From Priapulus caudatus (taxonomy: Eukaryota): a DNA stretch of 64,000 bases. The stretch is taken from positions 242,019 to 306,018 of the forward strand of contig NW_014577063.1 of NCBI RefSeq assembly GCF_000485595.1, given 5' to 3'. The notes beneath the pieces are model-generated. The model searched no databases, was not told the origin of the DNA, and saw only the letters and a program-made list of their open reading frames with translations. Both the position numbers and the translations under genes were made by a program. Positions 54,700 through 64,000 of this stretch are shown here, one piece after another (the stretch's first letter is position 1; each line of letters begins with the position of its first letter).

Positions 54700-55995
54700 C
54701 GTCGCGCCCGGCAATTCACGAGGTTGTCAGCTGTTAGGCGCCGCCTAACCACGGAGTTGTCCAGGCGTCGGCGCCGGGCAAACCACGAGGCTCTCAGGCG
54801 TCGGCGCGCAGGCAGACCACGTAGTTGTGCCAGCGGGGTGTTATGCCCCCCGCCCCCGGACGCCGCAAGAGACCGACGAGGGCTGTTGTCAGCGTCGCAG
54901 CCGCCCGCGAATACCCACCGCGAGCCTCCAGCCGAGTCGGCGCCCGCAACCACGAGCGCTGTCAGGCCAGGCGCCACGCCGAGCGCAGACCACGGCGAGC
55001 TTGTCAGCCGTCGGCGCCGCAACATCCAGGTGTCAGCCGTCGCGGCCGACACCACGAGCTGTCAACCGTCGCCCCGGCGCGACCCCGGCCGCCAAACCCA
55101 CCAACGGAAGACTCAGCCGTCGCGCCCAACACAGAGACCGTCAGCCGTCCCGAGGCCCGCGCGCCGCCGGGCGGCAGGCCCACCCAGGACGTTATGTCCA
55201 GCCCCGGCCTCGCCCGACGCAACCCACCGAAGCCTTCCAGACCCGGAGTCGGCGGCCCCAACCGCAGCCTAGAACGCAACCGACGAGCGGAACATGGGGA
55301 AAGCACACGGGGGCCAGCGTGCTGAGCGCCCGCTATGAGCCAACCGGACCGGACGGGCTGGTCAGCGTCGGGCGCCGACAACCACGACGCTGCAGCCGTC
55401 CGCCGCAACACCCCACGAGTGATCAGACGCGACCTAGCCGACAACCACGCAGGGGCTGTCAGCCGCCTCGCCGCCGCCGCACACTCGCCCCCCCGCGCGA
55501 GCGCGCCCGGCCCACACCCAAAGCCACCGAGATCGCAGCTGTCGGCGCGCAACGCACCGAGCCGCTGTCAGCCGTCGGCCGCACACCCCCGACAAGCAAC
55601 CACCACCCGACGACTCCCAACCCCCGTCGGCGCCGCAAACCGACGAGGCTGTCAGCGGTCGCGGCCGGGCAACCAAGCGAGGCGCAGCGGGGTCGAGCGC
55701 CGCCACCACGAGACATCAAAGTGTCCGGCGCCGCAACCAGCGAAAGGCGTCAGCGTCCGGCGCCGCACAACCACGAGGCTGTCAGCGTCGGCGCCGGCAG
55801 ACAGCGAGCTGTCAGCGTCGGCGCCGCAACCACGAGGCTGTCAGCGTCGGCGCCGCAACCACGAGGCTGTCAGCGTCGGCGCCGCAACCAACGAGGCTGC
55901 AGCGTCGGCGCTGAACCACGAGACTGCAGCGTCGCGCCCGCAACCACAGGAGGCGTCAGCGTCGGCGCCGCAACCACGAGGCTGTTAGCGTCGGC
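54700..55995. repeat. 29-bp GC-rich minisatellite (gtcagcgtcggcgccgcaaccacgaggct)n
   Basis: Clean copies at 55811-55900, degenerate towards the 5' side. Confidence 0.9.
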
Positions 55996-56039
55996 AGGAA
56001 ATGAAACGTCGATCATGCGTACATCATGGCGGCCGACAG

Positions 56040-56760
56040 CGCCGTGACAGGGTCGTGACAGGGTCGTGACTCGCCCGTGACAGGGTCGTGACAGGGTCGT
56101 GACTCGCCCGTGACAGGGTCGTGACAGGGTCGTGACTCGCACCGTAACAGCGGTCGTCGACAGGGTTCGGGACCCGCTCGCGACAGGTCATGACAGGGTG
56201 CGTGACTCGCCCGTTGACAGGGTCGTGACAGGGCCGTGACTCGCAGCCGTGACAGGGTCGTGACATGGGTCGTGAACCGCCGTGGACAGGGGTCGTGAAC
56301 AGGGTGTGATCGCACCGTGACCGGTCGTGACAGGGTCGTGACCGCGCCTGGGACGAGGGTTCGTGACAGGGGTCGTGACTCGGCCTGTGACAGGGTCGTG
56401 ACTCGCCGTACGGACAGGCGCTCGTGACAGGGCCGGGACGTCGCTCGGACAGGGTCGCTGGACAGGGCTCGCTAACGTCGTCCGTGACGGTCGTGACATG
56501 GCGCTGACAGGGTCGTGACAGGGCCGTGACTCGCCCAGTGACAGGGTCGTGACAGGGCCGGTGGCACAGGGCTAGGACGGGTCGTGACTCGCCCACGTGA
56601 CAGGTCGTGACAGGGCTCGTGACTCGGCAGCCGTGACGAGAGACGGCCTCGTGACAGGTGCGTGAACTCCGCAACCAGGTAACAGGCGTCGTGACAGGTC
56701 GTGGACTCGCCTGTGAGATGGGTTGGGACAGTGTCGTGGACTCGCCCGGTGAGCAGGGCC
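56040..56760. repeat. 33-bp (3x11) minisatellite (gtgacagggtc gtgacagggtc gtgactcgccc)n
   Basis: Three near-perfect copies at 56044-56140, then degenerate. Confidence 0.92.
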
Positions 56761-56852
56761 GGACGCGCCACGTGCACTGCGCCTGTGAAACAGGCAATGC
56801 GCTAGCTGGCGAGGGGGCACGGCTTATGCGTTGTCGTGGTTCCTCTTCACAG

Positions 56853-56939
56853 CTCCCAAGTGCAAGTATGAGAAGAGCGAGTGGAGCGAGTGTAGTGCCC
56901 TGACCAACGAGATGGAGAGGATTCTGACACTAAAGAAAG
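56853..56939 (+). CDS. MK/PTN-family exon 3, first half of C-type domain 1: (P)PKCKYEKSEWSECSALTNEMERILTLKK
   Basis: Splice sites tcctcttcacag| and G|gtaaac, 87 bp, phase 1-1. CKY..xxWxEC...R..TLKK is the signature of the PTN/MK C-domain and Miple. Confidence 0.9.
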
Positions 56940-57305
56940 GTAAACCCTCCAACACTGTGAACACACATGCACGCAGTGCCCCCGCACACACGCGCGCCTA
57001 CAAACACGCACATGCACGCCCGCACCCATGCTCACACGCACGTGGCGCATGCACGTCACATCGACGCGCGCGGCGGCGCGCGCACCCACACGACACACCA
57101 CCACAAGAACAGCGCGCACACGCGACACAACACAGCACACACACACACACGCGCGCGCGCGCGCGCACATTTGTTACGTCTGATGATAATACATTCTTTC
57201 CTTCACTGATAAAGAAGAAAGAAGGCCTCATCTCGTTATCGGACAGTGTGATCAGAAATTTACATGTTGGGGTGATAACACGGACCTTTATTTGTTTGTT
57301 GCTAG

Positions 57306-57395
57306 GCGACCCAACACTGTGCGACGAGGTAGCGGGTGCAAAAGCAGCGTGTGATGCAGTCGCTGGCGGCATCGCCAAGGATACGCGGGAAGCAG
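57306..57395 (+). CDS. MK/PTN-family exon 4, second half of C-type domain 1: (G)DPTLCDEVAGAKAACDAVAGGIAKDTREA
   Basis: Splice sites tttgtttgttgctag| and G|gtgggt, 90 bp, phase 1-1. Supplies GD..C-x9-C with the same Cys spacing as exons 7 and 8. Confidence 0.75.
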
Positions 57396-57689
57396 GTGGG
57401 TGCCGTAATGGTTTCTTACAGGAGGTCGGTAATGACGTACTCGCGTCAAGTATCGGTCCCAGGGATCCAGGCTCCGTGGAAAATGATGATAACGTAAAAG
57501 ATGATGTTTGTTCTGCTGTTAACGTGGCCAGAGAAACCTGGATTGCTACGTGATTAATTATATAGAGTGTAGCATGATATTAAACCATGGATAGCAACGT
57601 GATTAAATTTCTGGATTGCAGCAGAAGTTATATTGCCCCCGGGTTATTATACGAAGGTGGAAACCTTTCGTCTAAACCAAGCCGCGCTC

Positions 57690-58285
57690 TCTATTTCTCC
57701 CGTGTTCTACGGTAGTCTGCCGCGTTCTATTAAGGCCTACTGCCCGTGGTTCTACCGAGGCGCCTGCTGCGTTTACTATAGGCCTACTCCCGTGTTCTAC
57801 GAGGCGCCGCCGCGTCTATTACTCCCGTCGTCTATCCTGTCGTCTGCCGCGTTCTATTTCTCACCTGTATTCTATCGTCGTCTGCCGCGTGCTACTCTCG
57901 CCGTGTTCTACGGTCCGTCTGCACAGGTTCCATTACCACCGTGCTACGGGCCGGCCTGCACGCGTCTATTTCTCTCCCACGTGATGTTAACCTCTATGAC
58001 CACAGACGGGCCGATCTGATGTACGGCCCGTGTCCATCGAGCTGCGGCCGTGTTCCACGGTAGTCTGCCGCGTTCTATTTCTCCCGTGTTCTACGGTCGT
58101 CTGCCGCGTTCTATTTCTCCCGTGTTCCACGGTCGTCTGCCGCGTTATATTACTCCCGTGTTCTACGGCCGTCTGCCGCGTTTTATTTCTACCCTGATCT
58201 ACGGCTGTCTGCCGCGTTCTATTTTTCCCGTGTTCTACGGTCGTCTGCCGCGTTCTATTTCTACCCTGATCTACGGTCGCCTGCC
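57690..58285. repeat. 36-bp minisatellite (ccgtgttctacggtcgtctgccgcgttctatttctc)n
   Basis: About 6 clean copies at 58048-58285. Confidence 0.92.
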
Positions 58286-58672
58286 ATCCGCCGTTTCGCG
58301 GTATATTGATTTTCGCGGTGGTCGGATTATTGGCGGCAGCAGCGCCATCGACGTATGATCGCGCATTGTTGCTCTAGTCCCCGCGCGCTATCGCAATACA
58401 GTCCGATACGGACACGACACGTAACGGTTTGCACGCACACACGGCGCGGGGACGGCGGGCAGGGTGGGGGGGGGATGACGTTGGGTGGAGACGGGCGACA
58501 ACTTCACTCGCGGGATAGGTCGCCGGCTCGCCGCGCAGGGTTGTCACCATGCAGAAATTGCCCGGCTAAACAGCCTTCTAGACGGGGGGGGTGTAGCTCC
58601 CCTTGTCCCCTCCCTCTAATGCTACCGCTATTGCAACGTGGCACGTGCAGTGACGAGTGTCGATGCCTGCAG

Positions 58673-58735
58673 GCGAATGTGATGCCGACGATACTGACTG
58701 CCGCTCCGGCGACGACGAACGATTTGTCGACTACA
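58673..58735 (+). CDS. Putative exon 5, acidic two-Cys linker: (G)ECDADDTDCRSGDDERFVDY
   Basis: Splice sites cctgcag| and A|gtgagt, 63 bp, phase 1-1, open and in frame. No family motif, so it is inferred from splice signals and frame only. Confidence 0.6.
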
Positions 58736-59728
58736 GTGAGTACTGTTGGACTGTTGCCCAGTCCACGGTAACCATGGCGATGGTGTCTAACATGTCCTGC
58801 ATGTGGGAAATGAGAGTAGCGGGGCGGTTGTGCGGTTGTTGTTGTTGTTGTTGTCGTATCGATGTACTAACGAAGTACGCATAAATTACACTAATTAGCA
58901 TGAGTGCTGGACATAAGCCTAATTAAGTTAATTGAACGGCTAAACACGTCCGTCTAAACCCAGCAGGAAAATAGCAAGCAGTAATTCTTTAGAGACGGGG
59001 TAACGGTAGAACCTAGAATCTAATGATGGTTGGTGAGGGGTATGACAATTTTTTAAAGATAGTCATTTAAATGTTATAGACCAAAGTTAGTTGGGTAAGC
59101 TATTGAGAAACTGTGGGGTCGGTACACGTTAATGCATGTTCTCTATATTGTAATTGGTTAATGTTTGGAAGCACTGTTTAACTTTGCCTATCGTGCGTGG
59201 GAAAAGTAAGTGATCAGTGGTTAATGTTGCCTTTCGTTGTTAGTGAGCATATATAGAACCGTCACACTTGCACCGAGGACGTAGCTGCTGTGTGTTTCAT
59301 GGATACAATTTTGCACACACATGACGCGTTTTCTTTCTCGATCGTGCAATTCTGCGAACGCATACTTCGGATCGCATAACTTTCTCGATTTTTCCTTATT
59401 TATGCGAAGCAACGAATTTCGCCGAGGCCTCCATAAACCGACGAACCTACTCACGCACGCACCGACACGCACGCACAGACACAAGCATATGCATACACGC
59501 ATATCAATCGACCTTATTGGTCAGACTGCTTATATCTACTGGTCATCTTGACGAAACAGTCAGAGCAGGGCAGCGTAAGACCTCGACTGATTGAGCGTGG
59601 CAGAGTGGGCAGTGAGGCCAGAGGGAAAGCGAGAGAGAGGGGGTGAGAGAGATGAGAGAATGTTAGGTTTTAGTAGCAATAACAGTAGCACTACTATAAA
59701 TAACGGTAGCAGTAGCAGTAGCAGTAGC

Positions 59729-60184
59729 CACAGGCACTTGAAGCGTTTCAATAAAATATAATGGTAACTAAATACGAAATCTATGAACTAACAAATTCTT
59801 AATGTTTCTATACTCTCTTTCACCTATTATTGCCGACAGTTTCCTGTCAATTCCGTCCAAATCCTACGTGCAACCATATACGCTGCCGGCGACATTGCTC
59901 TCGCGGCTCCACTGTTGCACGCTTACACTAATATATATAGTAGTATATATAGTAATATATAGTAATATAGTAATATATAGTACTATATATATTAGTGTAA
60001 GCGTGCAACAGTCGCGCCGCGAAAGCAATGGCGCCGGCAGCGTATATTGTTGCACGTAGGATTTGACAGGAAACTGTCGGCAATAATAGGTGAAAGAGAG
60101 TATAGAAACATTAAAAATTTGGTAGTAAATAGATTTCGTATTTAGTTAGCATTATATTTTATTGAAACGCTTCAAGTGCCTGTG
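59729..60184. mobile_element. 456-bp near-perfect palindromic MITE, CACAGG ends, 8-bp TSD
   Basis: About 210-bp arms cacaggcacttgaagcgtttcaat...attgaaacgcttcaagtgcctgtg. TSD gcagtagc lies within a (gcagta)n tract. Confidence 0.92.
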
Positions 60185-60396
60185 GCAGTAGCAGTAGTAG
60201 TATTAGAGTAGAAGTAGCAGCAGCAGTATAAGGAAACGCTCGGGGTGTGTCCATTCACCAACGTGGATGGGTGTTTGTGAGTGTGAGTCGTTGTTTATAT
60301 TACACAGCTCCAATATGTATTCGGTTTTTATACTGCTCGTGTGTTTCATGAAAGTGAATAACGTTGCTTGTTGGTTTTCGCAATACTGCGTATAAG

Positions 60397-60462
60397 GTAA
60401 GAGAGGACGCGATGGACACAAGAAGAGAAAAAACAAGAAGGCTAGAAAGCAGGAGAAGGAAG
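60397..60462 (+). CDS. Putative exon 6, Lys/Arg-rich linker: (S)KRGRDGHKKRKNKKARKQEKE
   Basis: Splice sites tataag| (weak AAG acceptor) and G|gtgaga, 66 bp, phase 1-1. Purine-rich, and the basic peptide resembles the heparin-binding tails of MK/PTN. Confidence 0.6.
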
Positions 60463-60771
60463 GTGAGAGACGGAAAGAAAAACAACGCATGTCACCGATT
60501 TCTCAAAGGCGATTCGGCTTCCGATTCGGCTTCATTTTATTATCGGTTTTGGTTCGGTTTTGTTTTTTATATTTTGAGTTTGGCTTACTCTTAACATTCT
60601 TTGGCTTTGGTTTTTTTGGTATCATGCTTTTCACTGGTTATGGAATAGTCCATGAAAGCATGTGCAGTGAAGAATACGATTTCGTTGGCATAATCCTGGA
60701 TGCATGCTGCATGCTGCTTTGAAGTCAGAGGATGCGCAAGACATGCACAGTTATTTAATATTTACTGTTCT

Positions 60772-60813
<42 letters not shown>

Positions 60814-60832
60814 ATATATATACGTATCTTCT

Positions 60833-60886
<54 letters not shown>

Positions 60887-61471
60887 ATTATAATAAATGT
60901 AGAATATATGAATAAGGTGTCAAATAAGGTGTTTTAATCAGCAAGCTTTCGAGAGTATCTCTCTTTATCAGTCTATACATGTCAACCCATTATATATATA
61001 TATATATATATATTTGTCTATATTCTCTCTCCCTCTTTTTCGCACCCTTCTCTCTCTACCACGCTTGCTGTTTCCTGCTCGTATCACGTGGTGCTGGCAT
61101 TTTTCGATTACTGACACTTTTATGTCTCGGCATTGACTATACAGCTTGTGATTAACAGCCTTGTCGCAAGAGGTGATGGTTTTCTTGTCTCGTCTTCTCT
61201 GTTTATGACTCAGTGACTTTGGGAACGTCCAGCTCTCGTTTTTTACTGACCGCACGGATACATGGGTCTGTAATCTGTCTGTCTCTTTTATGGGCTGCTG
61301 TGTAAGATGGTGTGAGTCACTGCATGGACTAGATCTTCAGAATATCGCTGTATTGACGTATGTATCGTTGGATATTAACGTATAATATATCGAAGTATGT
61401 GCTTCTCAATGGTCATGCTCCGTCGCTGCTGCTAGTCGCCGGACGCGTGTAGTGTAACGTTTCGCCACCAG

Positions 61472-61648
61472 GTGTCACCAGCGAGTGCCGCTACAGCTCA
61501 GGCGAGTGGTCGGAGTGCGACCTGCCTACGAACATGCGCACGAAGACGTTGACGCTGAAGCGTGGTGACAACTGCGAGCCAACGAAAACCATCGAGAAAA
61601 AGTGCAAGCGCGACAAGGCAGCGCGTAAGCACGACAAGCCCGAGAAAG
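61472..61648 (+). CDS. MK/PTN-family exon 7, C-type domain 2: (G)VTSECRYSSGEWSECDLPTNMRTKTLTLKRGDNCEPTKTIEKKCKRDKAARKHDKPEK
   Basis: Splice sites tttcgccaccag| and G|gttagt, 177 bp, phase 1-1. Classic Miple/PTN C-domain (CRY..GEWSECD..TN.R..TLTLK.G..CEPTKTI.KKC). This frame is absent from the ORF track. Confidence 0.93.
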
Positions 61649-62818
61649 GTTAGTGCGCGCGGCTGTGAGCTACACTGCTCGAAGCGGTGCCGCTGGGGGG
61701 GGGGGGCACTGAGACCAGATATTACGGCTGAAGCCGTAATTTGTGACTCGTACTCAACGAGGTGCGACTAGGAGGCGTGTGGAGCTCCGGTCTTCGCATG
61801 GTGTCACTAATTGGCGTATGGAACGACTGCTTTTGGGTCGAGGCCATATTTTTGTCACCTGTGCCACTGGGAGAGACACCACGTTCCGGTCTCGATACAG
61901 TGCCACTATGTGACTGGTCGTTTATTCCAGGCTGACAATTCACGGCCAATGATTTTCGTGAAATTCTATTCACCTCTCACGCATCTATCGTGCTACTCTG
62001 TGCTTAGCTACCTGTACAGCCACGCATTCCACCATGTAGCTGGTTTTTGCACTGGTTATTTATTTCCATTTGATGTGAAACATTGGGCAAACATACCATT
62101 AGGTGGTTGCTCTTCGTCACAGTTCTGATTGTTAGCCTATCTAGCCACGTATTTTTCTAGTCTGCACAAATGTGTATGCACCTACGTATGCTTAATGTTT
62201 ATGCAAACACTACAGCAAAACACATGCCAGCATGGTAGTCGGTAAGGATCCACATACCATGCTTACAATGATATCATATTGTGTAAACTATATGAATCTC
62301 CTCACGTGTGCACATTGCTCGTGTATTGTTGTTGGCTGTCATGCCCTCGTGATTGATATACCTTTTAGGTACGATGCAGAATCCGAGCATGCATCGCATG
62401 CATTCGAGCATCTTTCCCGCCCCTATAACTGTTCCCTTCACCATCGTGCACGCACACGCGTATACGCACGCTCGCACGCACGCATTTACGTACACGAGCG
62501 CACGTGCATATAACGCATCCGCATTTGTCCGCACGCATACTCAGATACACGCTTGCACGTAACACGCATGCGCCTTTTCTACATACATTCACGCACACGC
62601 GCGCGCACATGTGCACGCATGCACGCACGAATACGATCGCAACCGTCTCCCGTCACCATCTCGTACGTCATAGATCTACGTTAGCCGTTGGTTTCCTTCC
62701 GCACACCGCGACACGCGGGAAGCTCGGGATTCCCGAGTTTGTGCCGGTGCGTTGCCCGGGGTGCGTCTGTCTGTCTGTCTGCATGAGTTCGCGCGTATAT
62801 CTTGCCTGCCGCCCGCAG

Positions 62819-62965
62819 CATGCAAGCACGCCTACGACAAGGGGGAGTGGAGCGCGTGCGACCCGGCGACGGGTGTGAAAACACGCGTCGACACCGTCAG
62901 TGACGAGTATGAATATCGGTGCCCCGCTCTGAAAGAGAAATCCAAGGTGTGCGATAAGGACAAAG
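62819..62965 (+). CDS. MK/PTN-family exon 8, C-type domain 3: (A)CKHAYDKGEWSACDPATGVKTRVDTVSDEYEYRCPALKEKSKVCDKDK
   Basis: Splice sites cctgccgcccgcag| and G|gtgcgt, 147 bp, phase 1-1. Contains C..Y.KGEWS.CD..TG.KTR and C-x9-C. Confidence 0.9.
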
Positions 62966-63949
62966 GTGCGTGGTGTAAGTCCGCTGCTGCTCCTGCTGCA
63001 GCGGGAAGCCGGCGTGTGCCGAGTGGCGCCACCTACGTCCACGTTTTCTCACTGGTGGTTGGTTTCTGTCCGTGGTCGCCCTGTTCTGACAAAGGTGTCG
63101 GGTCACGGTGGGTGCTGTTGAATGTGTTGTAGAAAGTTGTAGAATAGCTGCAACAGTTAGAATGTGTAGATTAGTGCAGTTTAGAGCATGTATGTGGTAT
63201 AGTAGTAGAAATTCGGTATAAGATGTTATCCTGCTATCTGTCCACAACAAGTCTCATGCATTTTCTAACCCAGACAACGTGTAACTTACACGATGTTTGT
63301 GTAGAGAAATGCATGAAACCCTGTAGAAATTAACAGGAGTAAGCTGCGTTGGTGATGAATGATAAGTATTCGGGCTATATAATCCATGTTACCTATCACG
63401 TTCCCATAGTATTATTGGCTCCTATGTAAACACAAGGGGCCACTCCTTTTGTACTAGATACCCTAAATTAGTTGAGGACTCATAATTAAAAGGGTTTACT
63501 AACCCCAGTAATATATCTTGAATAAGTAAAGCTCACCACGATTTAAATAGTTTTGGTTAACATATAATATAGACGTTAGTAGTAACAACAATATAATTTT
63601 GATGGGAAGCAAATGTTTGCTACCGTAGTTTTATTATATAGATGGCCGACATGATCCAATAAAATAAGTGTAACTGTATAGTGAAATATGGTTGTACATG
63701 TTGAATGATGAATGTTATAATGTTTTCAATCACTATATAGGTTTAGATAATAAATACTGTATATACTTGCAAATTTCAGCCACCATGCAAATTATTTTTG
63801 GCGCCTCTACTGGCGCCGTTTTTACGCCCTCACGCGGCCGCTTATATAACTCATGAGATTGTGTAAGAAATTGCTTACGGTTTATTTAATTAGATGGCAT
63901 CTGTATTTCCTGAATGTGTATCTTGTATCCCACTGTTTTTTTCCACAAG

Positions 63950-63957
63950 GTAAGTAA
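63950..63957 (+). CDS. Possible terminal coding exon: (G)K-stop
   Basis: Strong pyrimidine tract ctgtttttttccacaag|gt aag taa. A phase-1 join gives G-K-TAA. The gene could instead continue beyond the window. Confidence 0.4.
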
Positions 63958-64000
63958 ATTAATCGGGTTTATTTTTAACGTATGACTTTCCAGAATACTC

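Noticed and set aside
53700..56820. Overlapping 200-400 aa Arg/Pro/Ala-rich ORFs
   Set aside because: They arise from GC-rich 21/29/33-bp minisatellites, are open on both strands, and lie inside an intron.
56831..57553. 240-aa ORF as a single-exon gene
   Set aside because: It is exon 3 + a stop-free 366-bp intron + exon 4 read through; the middle is low-complexity CA repeat.
57633..58358. ORFs with 12-aa repeats (PVFYGRLPRSIS)
   Set aside because: Translation of an intronic 36-bp minisatellite with no splice support.

Overview
This is eukaryotic DNA from a repeat-rich animal genome. CpG is not depleted and microsatellites are abundant, so it is probably an invertebrate; the species cannot be determined from the sequence. 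Almost all ORFs in the supplied track are spurious translations of microsatellites and minisatellites. One real gene can be reconstructed by hand on the + strand at 44906-63957. It is a spliced, secreted midkine/pleiotrophin (MK/PTN)-family protein of about 309 aa with 8-9 coding exons, all joined by phase-1 GT-AG introns. Its architecture is unusual: signal peptide, one vertebrate-type 6-Cys N-domain, a C-domain, an acidic Cys linker, a Lys/Arg-rich linker, then two more C-domains. This reads as a midkine-like half joined to a Miple-like half. The rest is transposon debris. It includes many CA(A/G)GAG- or CACAGG-ended inverted-repeat elements with 7-8 bp target-site duplications (P-element-like MITEs), and 36-46 bp palindromes with the same kind of ends and TSDs that look like P-element excision footprints. 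It also has hAT-like MITEs, Helentron-like non-autonomous elements, three decayed LINE RT fragments, a decayed SWIM/YqaJ-type transposon gene and several minisatellites. Kilobase-scale indel-rich duplicates, several beside short N-gaps, point to assembly or gap-filling artefacts.
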